The position numbers and the translations under genes were made by a program. Shown here piece after piece: positions 30,679 through 41,746 of a stretch of 64,000 nucleotides of DNA. The first letter of the stretch is position 1. Each line of letters starts with the position of its first letter. The DNA is taken from assembly GCA_036339375.1 (NCBI GenBank), contig JAYZBC010000078.1:2167-66166 (forward strand), read 5' to 3'. Under the pieces are notes generated by a model. It was given only the letters and a program-made list of their open reading frames with translations. It did not search any database and was not told where the DNA came from. The DNA is from Pseudomonadota bacterium. Its GTDB lineage: Bacteria; Pseudomonadota; Alphaproteobacteria; MPNO01; UBA2964.

Positions 30679-32274
30679 CTAAGCGCAATCCACTCCATCT
30701 CGATAGAGCTTGTAAGTTATGGCGTCGTGTAGAGCATTGTAGGAAGCATCGATGACATTGGCAGAGACCCCCACCGTTGACCACCGTTCGCCGTTATCAT
30801 CAACACTTTCAATCATCACTCGAGTAATGGCTTCTGTGCCGGCGTTTGATGAAATAATTCTTACTTTATAATCTGTCAGTTTCATATCCGCTAGTTGAGG
30901 GTAAGCGGAATTTAAAGCCTTTCTTAATGCATTATCTAACGCGTTAACGGGCCCGTTACCCTCTGCAACTGTCATGAAAGTATTGTCTCCAATTTTGATT
31001 TTAATAGTGGCTTCAGAAAGTGTTATAAGTTCTCCTTTAGCATTCCAACGCCGTTCATCCATTACTCGGAAGCTTTGAAGGAGAAAATAATCTGGAACAA
31101 AATCAAGCGCCCGTCGTGCCAAAAGTTCAAAACTTGCCTCCGCTCCATCGTAGGCGTAACCATCATGTTCACGTTGTTTGACTTCTTCTAAAAGGCCTGA
31201 GACTTTTTTATCTTCAGCTTCGACATTAATTCCAATTTCCCGAAAACGGGCTAAAACATTAGATCGTCCAGCTTGATCAGAAACCACAACATTACGCTGA
31301 TTCCCAACTTTTTCAGGTGCAATATGCTCATAAGTCTTTGGATCTTTTTCAATTGCGGATACGTGGAGACCACCCTTGTGCGCGAACGCACGGTCACCGA
31401 CATAAGGAGCACTTGAATCCGGAGTTCGATTTAGGCGATCATCCAAAAATCTGGAAAGGCGGGTTAATCGACCAAAATCTTGGTCTTCCATGCTTAATTT
31501 ATAACCCATCTTTAAAGCCAACGAAGGTATCAGGGTTATTAGGTTCGCGTTGCCACATCGTTCGCCGAGACCATTTAGGGTTCCCTGTACCTGACGAACA
31601 CCAGCTCTAACTGCTGCGAGAGAATTCGACACAGCATTACCTGTGTCATCATGGCAATGAATACCGAGATTTTCACCGGGAACATGGGAAATAACCTTTT
31701 CAATAATTCCTTCTATTTCCTCGGGCAAGGTACCTCCATTGGTGTCACACAGGACAACCCAGCGTGCCCCCGCTTCATAAGCTGCCTTTACGCAGCTTAC
31801 AGCAAAATCAGAATTTGATTTATAACCATCAAAAAAATGTTCAGCATCAAAAACGACCTCTTTTACTCGTGAATTTGCAATGGCAACACTGTCTTTTATC
31901 ATTGCAATGTTTTCTTCAAGTTCTACACCCAATGCCACTTTTGCATGAAAATCCCAAGTCTTTCCGACGAGACACACAACTTCTGTTTTGGCGTTAAACA
32001 CAGCGGTTAAACCAGGATCGTTTTCAGCGCTACGACCTAAACGACGGGTCATTCCAAAAGCACATAATTTTGCTCTTGAAAATGTGGGAGGCATTGCAAA
32101 AAAACTATCGTCAGTTGGATTTGCGCCTGGCCAGCCTCCTTCAACGTAGTCAATCCCTATTTGATCAAGTTCTGCAGCGATTGCTAATTTATCCGCTTGC
32201 GAAAAATCGACACCCTTTGTCTGGGCACCATCCCTCAAAGTAGAATCATAAATATAAACGCGTTTTTCACTCAT
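30679..32274 (-). CDS. 2-isopropylmalate synthase / (R)-citramalate synthase family (LeuA-CimA type with LeuA_dimer domain)
   Basis: Starts YIYDSTLRDGAQ, has an HMGL-like barrel and a C-terminal regulatory domain. At 531 aa the length fits this family. Confidence 0.75.
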   Translation of the reverse strand: MSEKRVYIYDSTLRDGAQTKGVDFSQADKLAIAAELDQIGIDYVEGGWPGANPTDDSFFAMPPTFSRAKLCAFGMTRRLGRSAENDPGLTAVFNAKTEVVCLVGKTWDFHAKVALGVELEENIAMIKDSVAIANSRVKEVVFDAEHFFDGYKSNSDFAVSCVKAAYEAGARWVVLCDTNGGTLPEEIEGIIEKVISHVPGENLGIHCHDDTGNAVSNSLAAVRAGVRQVQGTLNGLGERCGNANLITLIPSLALKMGYKLSMEDQDFGRLTRLSRFLDDRLNRTPDSSAPYVGDRAFAHKGGLHVSAIEKDPKTYEHIAPEKVGNQRNVVVSDQAGRSNVLARFREIGINVEAEDKKVSGLLEEVKQREHDGYAYDGAEASFELLARRALDFVPDYFLLQSFRVMDERRWNAKGELITLSEATIKIKIGDNTFMTVAEGNGPVNALDNALRKALNSAYPQLADMKLTDYKVRIISSNAGTEAITRVMIESVDDNGERWSTVGVSANVIDASYNALHDAITYKLYRDGVDCA

Positions 32275-32287
32275 TTAATTTCATTTG

Positions 32288-33649
32288 TTAAGTACGTTTC
32301 CAATTTGTTCCAGCCGCACCATCTTCTAAAACAATCCCAGCAGCTGCCAGCTTATCACGAATATTATCACTTTGGACAAAGTCCTTAGCAGCCCGTGCCT
32401 CAGCCCTTTGTTGGATTAGTTTTTCTATTTGTGCTTGTTCGAGTTCGTTTGCTTTACCTTTAAACCAAATTTCTGGATCCTGTTGTAACAAACCAAGCAA
32501 CGAACCTCCCGAAAGAAGGGCGCTTTTTACCTCAGGCTCTTGCGGGAGTTTGTTTAATTGGGAAGCAAGCCCATGAAGCTCTGCTATAGCTTTTGGGGTA
32601 TTAAGATCATCTTCCAAAGCGGAACGTACAGATTTTGCTTCTTGTCTAGAATTAGGTTCAGTATCTGATGCAACACGCAGTGCGTTGTATAACCGATCTA
32701 AAGAATTTTTTGCCTCTTCAATCGCTTTTAAGCTGAAATCAAGTGGTTGCCTATAATGCGCCTGCAACAAAGAATAACGGATCACTTCTCCCGTTGTCCT
32801 CTCCAACAGCTCGTTTACGGTGTAAAAGTTTCCCAATGATTTGGACATCTTTTCACCATCAACTGTTAAATAACCATTGTGCATCCAATACCTGACAAAT
32901 GGTTTACCACCGTGGCTGCAAACAGATTGAGCGATTTCATTTTCGTGGTGCGGAAATATCAAATCTTGGCCACCACCGTGAATGTCAAATGTAATACCCA
33001 AATGAGCTTCGCTCATAGCGGAACATTCCAAGTGCCAACCCGGCCGCCCACGGCCCCACGGGCTTTCCCATCCCGGTTGCTCAGGAGTTGAGGGTTTCCA
33101 TAAAACAAAATCGGTAGGGTTCTTTTTATACGGCGCTACCTCTACTCGAGCCCCCACAATCAGCTCTTCGGGAGAGTGACCAGAAAGTTTACCATAATCT
33201 GCCATAGACCCCACATCAAATAGGACATGTTGTTCCACCGCATACGCGTGTCCTTTTTTAATTAGGTTTTCAATCATGGATAACATTTGAGCAATATGTT
33301 CAGTCGCTAGCGGTTCGACGTCAGGTAGCAGAGAACCAAGTGCCAACATGTCTTTTTTAAACACTTCTAAATAACGTGATGTCAGAGTTTTAATTTCCTC
33401 GCCAGACTGACGCGAAGCCTCCAGAATTTTATCATCTATATCTGTAATATTTCTAACGTAAGTTACCCGTGGGTAAATTGTTTTCAGGAGACGATATAAA
33501 ACATCGAAGACCACCACAGGCCTTGCATTCCCTATATGCGCGTAGTCGTAAACTGTTGGCCCACAAACATACATTTTGACATGACTTGGATCGACAGGAA
33601 TAAAGTTTTCCTTAGCCCGTGAAAACGTGTTCGTAATTTTTAGAGTCAC
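32288..33649 (-). CDS. cysS: Cysteine--tRNA ligase
   Basis: Has the HIGNARP (HIGH) and KMSKSLGN (KMSKS) motifs plus the Zn-binding Cys. Confidence 0.9.
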   Translation of the reverse strand: MTLKITNTFSRAKENFIPVDPSHVKMYVCGPTVYDYAHIGNARPVVVFDVLYRLLKTIYPRVTYVRNITDIDDKILEASRQSGEEIKTLTSRYLEVFKKDMLALGSLLPDVEPLATEHIAQMLSMIENLIKKGHAYAVEQHVLFDVGSMADYGKLSGHSPEELIVGARVEVAPYKKNPTDFVLWKPSTPEQPGWESPWGRGRPGWHLECSAMSEAHLGITFDIHGGGQDLIFPHHENEIAQSVCSHGGKPFVRYWMHNGYLTVDGEKMSKSLGNFYTVNELLERTTGEVIRYSLLQAHYRQPLDFSLKAIEEAKNSLDRLYNALRVASDTEPNSRQEAKSVRSALEDDLNTPKAIAELHGLASQLNKLPQEPEVKSALLSGGSLLGLLQQDPEIWFKGKANELEQAQIEKLIQQRAEARAAKDFVQSDNIRDKLAAAGIVLEDGAAGTNWKRT

Positions 33650-33650
33650 C

Positions 33651-35309
33651 TTAAAGCTCTCGAAAGGCGTCGGTTATTGGATAGCGCCGGTCACGTCCAA
33701 ATGAACGCTGGGTAATTTTGACTCCTGGTGGAGCCTGACGACGCTTATATTCGGCCAACAAAAGCAGGCGCCAAATACGCTCCACTAAATCTTTTTTGTG
33801 ACCAGCCGCAGTGGTTTCAATAACACCGAAATCTTTTTCAATTAAGCATTGTAGGACAGAGTCGAGTTCTTCGTAAGGTGGTAAAGTATCCTGATCCTTT
33901 TGATTTGGTTTGAGCTCAGCCGTTGGTGGCTTGGTTATGATACGTTCGGGAATAACCATCCCCGCTGGGCCTTTAGCGCCCATCGGGGGATTTGAATTCC
34001 GCCACCGCGAAAGAGAAAAAACTTTCATCTTGTATACATCTTTTAAAACTGAAAACCCTCCGCACATATCACCATAAAGAGTGGCATATCCTACTGACAT
34101 TTCGGATTTATTACCGGTAGAAACCACCATAGACCCAGTTTTATTTGATAACCCCATCAATGTAATGCCACGTGCCCGAGCTTGAATATTTTCTTCGGTA
34201 GTATCAGGATTTGTGCCATTAAATAATGGCTTTAGCATCGTATCAAAGGCCTCCATAGCGGGCTTAATATCAACCGAATGGTATTTTACACCAAGAGCCC
34301 GCGCTGCATCAGCTGCATCCTCGAGGCTTTCATTTGAAGTATAGGGTGAAGGCATCATTACGCAAACAACCCTCTCAGCCCCTAACGCATCAACGGCGAC
34401 GGCAGCTGTTAAGGCAGAATCTATTCCACCAGAAAGCCCAATTAAAACACCAGGAAAATGATTTTTCTCAACATAATCCCGCAAACCGAGCATCATCGCG
34501 GAATAAATACTAGAAAGACTTTCCTCAGGGGCGTTTGCCTCTCCTTGCGCACATTGCCATTCCTCTCCATCACGATACCAATCACAAACCAAATTCGCAG
34601 AAATCCAATCAGCGCATCGCACCTTCAGTGTCCTGTCTGAATTCAGAACAAAAGAACCTCCATCAAAAACAAGTTCATCCTGTCCTCCAACCTGATTTAC
34701 ATAAATTATAGGTAGCCCTGTCTCCCCCACTCTTGCAACGGCAAGATTGAGACGCTCCTCCCATTTGTCTAATGAATATGGAGATCCATTTAAAACAACC
34801 AAAATTTCAGCACCTGATTCTTTCAAACATTCAGACACCTCTTCATCCCACATATCCTCGCAAATCATCACACCGAGACGCACGTCTCTGAAATTTATTG
34901 GTCCTGGTAAAGGCCCGGGAACAAAAACCCGTTTTTCATCAAATACACCGTAGTTGGGCAGGTCATGTTTCTTTCGAACTGCAGCTACTTTACCTTCATC
35001 TAATAAAAGTGCCGCATTGTAGACATGATTATTTTCTACCCAGAGGGAACCGATAAGAAGTGCCGGTCCACCATCCTTTGTTTCTGCGGCCAACGCCTCA
35101 ATTGCACTCATACATGATTTCTGAAAAGCGGGCCGAACCACAAGATCTTCGGGCGGGTAACCGGGAATAATTAGTTCACTAGCGACAACCAAATCCGCTC
35201 CTAATTTTGCAGCTTCCTTTCTTGCTGCGCTCACCAGACCAGCGTTCCCACCAACATTTCCAACGGTAGGATTTAACTGTGCTAGAACTATTGTTAGTTT
35301 ATCTGTCAT
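33651..35309 (-). CDS. nadE: Glutamine-dependent NAD+ synthetase
   Basis: An N-terminal CN-hydrolase domain is followed by a C-terminal NAD synthetase domain with the SGGIDS PP-loop. Confidence 0.88.
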   Translation of the reverse strand: MTDKLTIVLAQLNPTVGNVGGNAGLVSAARKEAAKLGADLVVASELIIPGYPPEDLVVRPAFQKSCMSAIEALAAETKDGGPALLIGSLWVENNHVYNAALLLDEGKVAAVRKKHDLPNYGVFDEKRVFVPGPLPGPINFRDVRLGVMICEDMWDEEVSECLKESGAEILVVLNGSPYSLDKWEERLNLAVARVGETGLPIIYVNQVGGQDELVFDGGSFVLNSDRTLKVRCADWISANLVCDWYRDGEEWQCAQGEANAPEESLSSIYSAMMLGLRDYVEKNHFPGVLIGLSGGIDSALTAAVAVDALGAERVVCVMMPSPYTSNESLEDAADAARALGVKYHSVDIKPAMEAFDTMLKPLFNGTNPDTTEENIQARARGITLMGLSNKTGSMVVSTGNKSEMSVGYATLYGDMCGGFSVLKDVYKMKVFSLSRWRNSNPPMGAKGPAGMVIPERIITKPPTAELKPNQKDQDTLPPYEELDSVLQCLIEKDFGVIETTAAGHKKDLVERIWRLLLLAEYKRRQAPPGVKITQRSFGRDRRYPITDAFREL

Positions 35310-35436
35310 ATCTAACAGGCATGCTTTTAATCATTATTCTAATCTTTGGAATTCTATACCCAATTGAATGAAAACATATGTAAAGACGCCAAAAAACTAC
35401 GGTGTGCCTGTTATTTTGTCTATTTATTAGTTCTGC

Positions 35437-36801
35437 TTAACCATTTTTCGATTTTCTTGCGTCCTTGAGCATTTCTGCAATCAGAAAAGCCAATTCAAGA
35501 GCCTGGTCCGCGTTTAAACGGGGATCACAATGTGTATGGTAGCGATCTGCGAGTGCGGCTTCTGTAATCGCTTGAGCCCCTCCTACGCACTCTGTAACGT
35601 CTTGTCCGGTTAGTTCCAAATGGATACCCCCTAAATAAGTACCAATGGAGTTATGAATTGCAAAACAGCGTTCAACTTCTTCCCGCATTCGGTCAAAAGG
35701 ACGCGTTTTATAACCGTTTTGTGATTTAATTGTATTCCCATGCATGGGATCACAAGACCAAACAACTGATTTTCCCTCACGTTTAACAGCCTTAATCAAA
35801 TTAGGTAGTTTCGTTTCAATTTTTTCGCTGCCCATTCGGGTTATCAAGGTCAAACGCCCGGGCTCATTATCCGGATTGAGAGTGTCAATCACCCTTAATA
35901 AAGAATCCTCTTCCGTGGACGGACCGACTTTACAACCGACCGGATTTGCAACACCTCGCAAAAACTCAATGTGAGCTTCTTCTGGGTCTCGTGTCCGATC
36001 ACCAATCCACAGCATATGAGCAGACGTGTCATACCAAACACCAGAGGTAGAATCGATACGTGTCATTGCCTCTTCATAATTAGGTAGTAGGGCTTCGTGC
36101 GATGTATAAAATTCAGTTTCACGTATTTGGGGAGCACTATTAGATGTAAGACCGCATGCAGCCATAAATGCTAAAGAATCATCTAGCCGTTCAGCTAAAT
36201 CACTGTAACGTTCCCCAGCTGGACTATTTTGAACAAACCCCAAAGTCCAACGATTAACTTCATGTAAGTCAGCATAGCCCCCTTGCGCAAACGCTCTAAG
36301 CAAGTTCAATGTCGCAGCTGACTGGTTATAGGATCGGATCATCCGTTCTGGATCTGGAGTGCGAGCTGCTTTTGTGAAATCTATCCCATTTACAGAATCA
36401 CCCCGATAACTTGGTAACTCAATATCCCCTTGTTTTTCAGTGGGCTCACTCCGGGGCTTAGCAAATTGACCAGCTAAGCGGCCCACCTTTACCACAGGGC
36501 AGTGGGCGGCAAAGGTAAGAACAACAGCCATTTGTAAAATTACTCGAAAAGTGTCTCTAATATTATCAGGGTGAAATTCGGCAAAACTCTCCGCACAATC
36601 ACCGCCTTGCAAAAGAAATGCATGACCTTCTGCTACGTCCGCCAAGGCCGCTTTCAGCGTTCGAGCTTCACCAGCAAAAACAAGAGGTGGAAAACCTTTT
36701 AGGGTTTTTTCAACAGCATGTAGGGCAGTCTCATCAGTATAAACTGGTACCTGTTTAATATTTTTTGATCGCCAACTATCGGGCGTCCATTTCGAAGCCA
36801 T
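35437..36801 (-). CDS. 3-deoxy-7-phosphoheptulonate synthase, class II
   Basis: A 454-aa plant-like AroAII with the [10 protein letters not shown] motif. Confidence 0.85.
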   Translation of the reverse strand: MASKWTPDSWRSKNIKQVPVYTDETALHAVEKTLKGFPPLVFAGEARTLKAALADVAEGHAFLLQGGDCAESFAEFHPDNIRDTFRVILQMAVVLTFAAHCPVVKVGRLAGQFAKPRSEPTEKQGDIELPSYRGDSVNGIDFTKAARTPDPERMIRSYNQSAATLNLLRAFAQGGYADLHEVNRWTLGFVQNSPAGERYSDLAERLDDSLAFMAACGLTSNSAPQIRETEFYTSHEALLPNYEEAMTRIDSTSGVWYDTSAHMLWIGDRTRDPEEAHIEFLRGVANPVGCKVGPSTEEDSLLRVIDTLNPDNEPGRLTLITRMGSEKIETKLPNLIKAVKREGKSVVWSCDPMHGNTIKSQNGYKTRPFDRMREEVERCFAIHNSIGTYLGGIHLELTGQDVTECVGGAQAITEAALADRYHTHCDPRLNADQALELAFLIAEMLKDARKSKNG

Positions 36802-37148
36802 TAAACTAACTCCCCATCTTTTCCAAATTCAACCAACCGCAAATTCATCCATTTGTTCCGTTACACTCATTCTTTGTCCAATCAACCTAAGCCAAAAATA
36901 TAGTAATTTATAATTTGTTTAATTAAAGATCGCCAGATTTAAGGTACGGAAGGCATGCCTATACGCCCTTTACACACACTTTTCCAGTGAAAGATTAAGA
37001 ACGTGGGCCAGAAATTTCTGACTTAACAAAATAAGGAGCCGAGTAAGAATTTATTAATGGAAGGTTTTAGAGACTTAATCTCAAATTTCTTTATTTTCAG
37101 GCCTAATGTTGAGAACTTTCAAAATCATTAAGCATTTGACTTAATGTA

Positions 37149-37781
37149 TTAATAAAGTTCCATGCGTTTTTTATAGTCCGCGTTGTAACGTTCTACATAA
37201 TCTTGATCGCCAGAATCCCGAAAAGCAGCAAAACTGCCAATCGTGGGGAGTTCCTTTTCCCCATTATCAGCCGCCGCTTTCCATAGTTTCGCCCTTACAA
37301 AAGCTTTAGGACAATGGTGAAAAGCCTCTTCAACGGTAACAATGATTACTGAGCGTGGTGTTTTCCCCCCAACCAAAAACCTTTCAAGGAGCGAGGGGTT
37401 AACGCTAATTTTTGCGGAACCGTTAACCCGAAAAGTTGTATCTGAACCAGGTATAAAGAAGATAAGTCCGATTTTGGGGTTAATAATTAAATTTTTCATT
37501 CCATCAATGCGGTTATTCCCTGGCCGGTCAGGGATTAATATAGTTTTATCGTCCAAAATTTGTACGAAACCCGGCGCATCCCCCTTGGGAGAACAATCAA
37601 TTCCATCCTTATTTGCAGTTGCCATAATAAGAAAAGAAGACTGTTCAATAAATTCATAAGCAGGTTGGATCAAAAACTCCTTTTGTTTGGTTATCGTGTT
37701 TTCTGTGGGCTCGTCGTAAATTTTTTTAAGCTCTTCAAGGGTTTTAATCGTATCGAGGGTTGTTAAGTCGATGTAGTCCAT
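37149..37781 (-). CDS. Pyridoxamine 5'-phosphate oxidase-like FMN-binding protein
   Basis: A 210-aa protein with a split-barrel PNPOx-like pattern. Confidence 0.5.
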   Translation of the reverse strand: MDYIDLTTLDTIKTLEELKKIYDEPTENTITKQKEFLIQPAYEFIEQSSFLIMATANKDGIDCSPKGDAPGFVQILDDKTILIPDRPGNNRIDGMKNLIINPKIGLIFFIPGSDTTFRVNGSAKISVNPSLLERFLVGGKTPRSVIIVTVEEAFHHCPKAFVRAKLWKAAADNGEKELPTIGSFAAFRDSGDQDYVERYNADYKKRMELY

Positions 37782-37934
37782 GATTTATCCCCAAATTTAA
37801 CGAGATGCGTTACAATTAAAGGCTATTTTCTCAAAAACCGCTAGTAGTTTTACCAATACAAATTTTCTTTAAATCCTTTTTAACCTGTTAAGTAAAAAGG
37901 CAGCTTTTTTACTCATTCCTTTTTGTAAAAATTT

Positions 37935-38696
37935 TTAGTACAAATTGTCTCCGCCATTTACGACAATACATTGCCCAGTGACAAAGTCACTGTCATTAGA
38001 AGCAAGAAAAACTAAAGTACCAACCAAATCCTCAGGCACTTGAATTCGGGGAATTGCGCGAGCGGCGACCGCGCGATCAAACCTGGATGGGTGATATCCT
38101 TCTTCCGCTTGCATGACATCAGTGGAGGTAAGCCCAGGTGCAATTGAATTTACACAAATCCCATCTCCTCCCAACTCTTTCGCAATCGCTCGAGTAAAGG
38201 CCATCACACCTCCTTTTGAAGACACATAATGAGCAAAACGGGTAGTCCCTTTCATTAGAGTATCAGAAGCAATATTTATAATTTTTCCTTTTTTTTGTTT
38301 TTTCATTATTGGAGTTACAGCGCGGGCACATAAAAAAACACCTCGTAGGTTAACCTCCATAACCTGGTCCCACTCTTTCACCGGTATTTCTTCAAAAGGT
38401 TTGCGATCTAAAGAAGCAAAAACTGCAGCATTATTAACTAAAACGTCTATCCTTCCGTAACGGTCCATGACGGTTTCAACAAGGCGGTTTACGTCATTTT
38501 CTTTGCTCACATCGCAACGTTTCGCCATGACCTCTATCTCGGCTACATTTTTTTCAACCATAGCCTTTGTTTTTTCACAATTTTTCACATCCACAATGAC
38601 AACGTGCGCTCCCTCTTTTGCAAACGCTTGGGCGTAAACTGCCCCAATACCCTGAGCTGCCCCCGTAACGATTGTTACCTTATTTTTTAACCGCAT
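37935..38696 (-). CDS. Short-chain dehydrogenase/reductase (SDR)
   Basis: Has TGAAQGIG, NNAA and a YxxxK-type catalytic region. Confidence 0.8.
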   Translation of the reverse strand: MRLKNKVTIVTGAAQGIGAVYAQAFAKEGAHVVIVDVKNCEKTKAMVEKNVAEIEVMAKRCDVSKENDVNRLVETVMDRYGRIDVLVNNAAVFASLDRKPFEEIPVKEWDQVMEVNLRGVFLCARAVTPIMKKQKKGKIINIASDTLMKGTTRFAHYVSSKGGVMAFTRAIAKELGGDGICVNSIAPGLTSTDVMQAEEGYHPSRFDRAVAARAIPRIQVPEDLVGTLVFLASNDSDFVTGQCIVVNGGDNLY

Positions 38697-38732
38697 TACG
38701 TCCACCTCTTCCAAAATACTTAGCCGCGTCAA

Positions 38733-40088
38733 TTAGTAAGATACAGGTTGCCGCATCGTAACAAATTCTTCCGCCGCGGTTGGATGTATAGCGATGGTTG
38801 AATCAAACTGCGCCTTCGTTACTCCAGCTTTAATCGCTATTCCAATACCTTGGATAATTTCACCAGCTTCGGGCCCAACCATATGGCAGCCAACCACACG
38901 GTCAGATGTTTTATCTACAATCAGCTTCATCAGCGTTTGTTCATCCCGTTTGGTAAGGGTATGAAGCAAAGGTTTAAATCTAGAACAATAAATTTTGACA
39001 TCGTCAAACCTGTTACGTGCCTGGTCTTCGTTCAAACCTACAGTGCCAATATTCGGATGGCTAAAAACAGCCGTCGGTATATTCGAGTAATCCAATGACA
39101 AAGATGTTCCATTAAACAAATTTGATGATAGAACCATCGCCTCAGCGATCGCAACTGGAGTTAACTGAAAGCGATCGATCACGTCCCCTAACGCATAAAT
39201 GTTTGGAACTGAGGTTTGAAAACTATCATTTACGTCAATTGAGCCATCATTTTTTAATTTTACACCTACTTCTTCCAAACCCAAATTTCCAGTATTTGGG
39301 ACCCGGCCTGTCGCGTACATCACCACATCCGCATTAATTTTAGACCCATCTTGAAGTTCAACTCTAAAACCATCGAGAGTTTTTGTGATCGAATCCACAT
39401 TCGAGTTAAAACGGAGATCAACACCTTGTTTCACCATTTCCTGTGCCAAATGAGTGCGAAGATCATGATCAAAACCTCTCAGAAATAAGTCACTGCGGTA
39501 GAGTTGTGTCACTTGGGAGCCATAACCGTGAAAAATTCCGGTAAATTCAACAGCAATATAGCCACCGCCAACGATTATCACGCGCTCAGGTAATTTTTCT
39601 AAATAGAAGGCCTCGTTGGAAGTAATTGCATGCTCTCTACCAACAAAATTAGGGAGGAGCGGCCAACTCCCTGTAGCGACAAGGATTTTATCTGCGGTGA
39701 CCCTTTTTTCTCCCAAATCAAGCGTGTGATTATCTTTTAAAACTGCCCTGGTTTCATAAATGCAAACCTTATTATCGTTTAAAATTTTTTGGTATATAGT
39801 ATTAAGGCGCTTAATTTCAGTATTTTTGTTATTGATTAAACGCTTCCAGTTAAGAGAACTACTTCCAACATCCCAACCATATGCAGCAGCATCTTCAAGT
39901 GCCGCTGCGTAGTGCGATCCATAGGCAAAAAGCTTTTTGGGTATACACCCCACATTAACACAAGTGCCTCCAAGGTATCTTTCTTCAGCTATTCCAACCC
40001 TTGCCCCGTAAGAAGCAGACATTCTGGCACAACGGACACCTCCAGAACCCGCACCAACAACAAAAAAATCATAATCATAATCAGACAT
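38733..40088 (-). CDS. gor: Glutathione-disulfide reductase
   Basis: Has the GGTCVNVGCIPKK redox-active disulfide and a C-terminal HPTAAEE motif. Confidence 0.8.
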   Translation of the reverse strand: MSDYDYDFFVVGAGSGGVRCARMSASYGARVGIAEERYLGGTCVNVGCIPKKLFAYGSHYAAALEDAAAYGWDVGSSSLNWKRLINNKNTEIKRLNTIYQKILNDNKVCIYETRAVLKDNHTLDLGEKRVTADKILVATGSWPLLPNFVGREHAITSNEAFYLEKLPERVIIVGGGYIAVEFTGIFHGYGSQVTQLYRSDLFLRGFDHDLRTHLAQEMVKQGVDLRFNSNVDSITKTLDGFRVELQDGSKINADVVMYATGRVPNTGNLGLEEVGVKLKNDGSIDVNDSFQTSVPNIYALGDVIDRFQLTPVAIAEAMVLSSNLFNGTSLSLDYSNIPTAVFSHPNIGTVGLNEDQARNRFDDVKIYCSRFKPLLHTLTKRDEQTLMKLIVDKTSDRVVGCHMVGPEAGEIIQGIGIAIKAGVTKAQFDSTIAIHPTAAEEFVTMRQPVSY

Positions 40089-40159
40089 GAGCTATCCTAA
40101 CCATTAGGTCAAATATGTTCCGCCCGGAGGAAGCAGAAGAAAAATAAAAGGAAATAAAT

Positions 40160-41635
40160 TTATTTGTCGATTCCACCCATTAAGGCGTATTTGATTTCAA
40201 CAAAGTCATCAATGCCGTATTTGGAACCCTCACGACCTATCCCTGATTCTTTAACGCCACCAAAAGGCGCTATTTCTGTGGAAATAATTCCTTCATTAAT
40301 CCCGACAATGCCATATTCAAGGCCCTCCATTACACGCCAAATCCGACCAATATCACGGCTGTAAAAATAAGATGCGAGACCGAATTCGGTTGCATTAGCC
40401 ATACCTATGACCTCTTCCTCTGTTTTAAATGGAAATAAAGGTGCCAATGGGCCAAATGTTTCTTCGCGTGCGATTTTCATTTCCTGATTTACGTTCGTAA
40501 GGATAGTAGGCTCAAAAAATGTACCTCCAAGTTGGTGACGGTTCCCTCCTATTACTACCTCCGCCCCTTTTTCCATGGCATCCTTAATATGCTCCTCCAC
40601 CTTTTCAACAGCCGCCATTTCAATTAAGGGACCTTGGTGCGTTTCCCCTTTCAAACCATCTCCTACCTTCAACTTTGAAACGGCCTCGCCAAGCAGTGTA
40701 GCAAATTCGTCATACACACCCTCTTGAGCATAGATTCGGTTGGCACAAACACAAGTCTGACCGGTGTTTCGAAACTTGGAAGCCATAGCACCAGCAACAG
40801 CAGCCTCAAGATCGGCGTCATCAAAAACTATAAATGGAGCATTTCCACCTAATTCCATCGATACTTTTTTCACGGTCCCAGCGCATTGTTCCATTAAAAG
40901 TTTTCCAATTTCAGTTGAACCGGTAAAAGTCAACTTTCGTACAATAGTATTCGACGTGATCTCATTTCCAATATTTTTCGACGCCCCAGTGACGACGTTA
41001 AAAACTCCCTTCGGTAACCCCGCCCGTTCCGCTAGTTCGGCTTGCGCCAACGCTGAAAAAGGGGTCATTGATGCTGGCTTTAGAACCATTGTACAACCTG
41101 CCGCTAACGCCGGTCCGGATTTCCGCGTAATCATCGCAGCAGGAAAATTCCAAGGGGTGATTGCAGCAACAACACCGATGGGTTCCTTAACCACCAGAAC
41201 ACGCTTGTCTGGTGCGAAGGTTGGTATGGTGTCCCCGTATAAACGTTTGCCCTCTTCCGCAAACCACTCAATGAACGAGGCCGCATAAAGCACCTCTCCC
41301 ATAGACTCGGCCATAGGTTTTCCTTGTTCCGCTGTCATGATAGTAGCCAAATCTTTTTGATGCTTTAGCATCAACTCATACCACCTTCGAAGTATTACAG
41401 CACGTTCCTTAGCCGTTTTAGCTCGCCAAGCTGGAAGTGCTAAATTTGCCCCTTCGATGGCGCGCCTTGTTTCAGCGGCTCCCATTTTTGGCACCACACC
41501 CAGCAACTCACCGGTGGCTTTGTTGGTAACCGGCATGGTTTCACCATTATCAGCACCTACCCATTCACCATTTATGTAACAATGCTTTCGTACAAGCTTT
41601 GAGTCATTTATTGGCATGGTTAAATCGCGTGGCAT
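40160..41635 (-). CDS. NAD(P)-dependent aldehyde dehydrogenase (succinate-/ketoglutarate-semialdehyde dehydrogenase-like)
   Basis: ALDH family with ELGGNAP and a catalytic Cys in GQTCVC. Confidence 0.75.
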   Translation of the reverse strand: MPRDLTMPINDSKLVRKHCYINGEWVGADNGETMPVTNKATGELLGVVPKMGAAETRRAIEGANLALPAWRAKTAKERAVILRRWYELMLKHQKDLATIMTAEQGKPMAESMGEVLYAASFIEWFAEEGKRLYGDTIPTFAPDKRVLVVKEPIGVVAAITPWNFPAAMITRKSGPALAAGCTMVLKPASMTPFSALAQAELAERAGLPKGVFNVVTGASKNIGNEITSNTIVRKLTFTGSTEIGKLLMEQCAGTVKKVSMELGGNAPFIVFDDADLEAAVAGAMASKFRNTGQTCVCANRIYAQEGVYDEFATLLGEAVSKLKVGDGLKGETHQGPLIEMAAVEKVEEHIKDAMEKGAEVVIGGNRHQLGGTFFEPTILTNVNQEMKIAREETFGPLAPLFPFKTEEEVIGMANATEFGLASYFYSRDIGRIWRVMEGLEYGIVGINEGIISTEIAPFGGVKESGIGREGSKYGIDDFVEIKYALMGGIDK

Positions 41636-41746
41636 CGTATTCCCCTATCTAGTTGGTTATACATCAACATAAATTTTATAGAGTCAATTTGGTCGTAATG
41701 AGTATAGGTTGCTAAAGCATTTCGGTTAACTATCAAAACAAACATT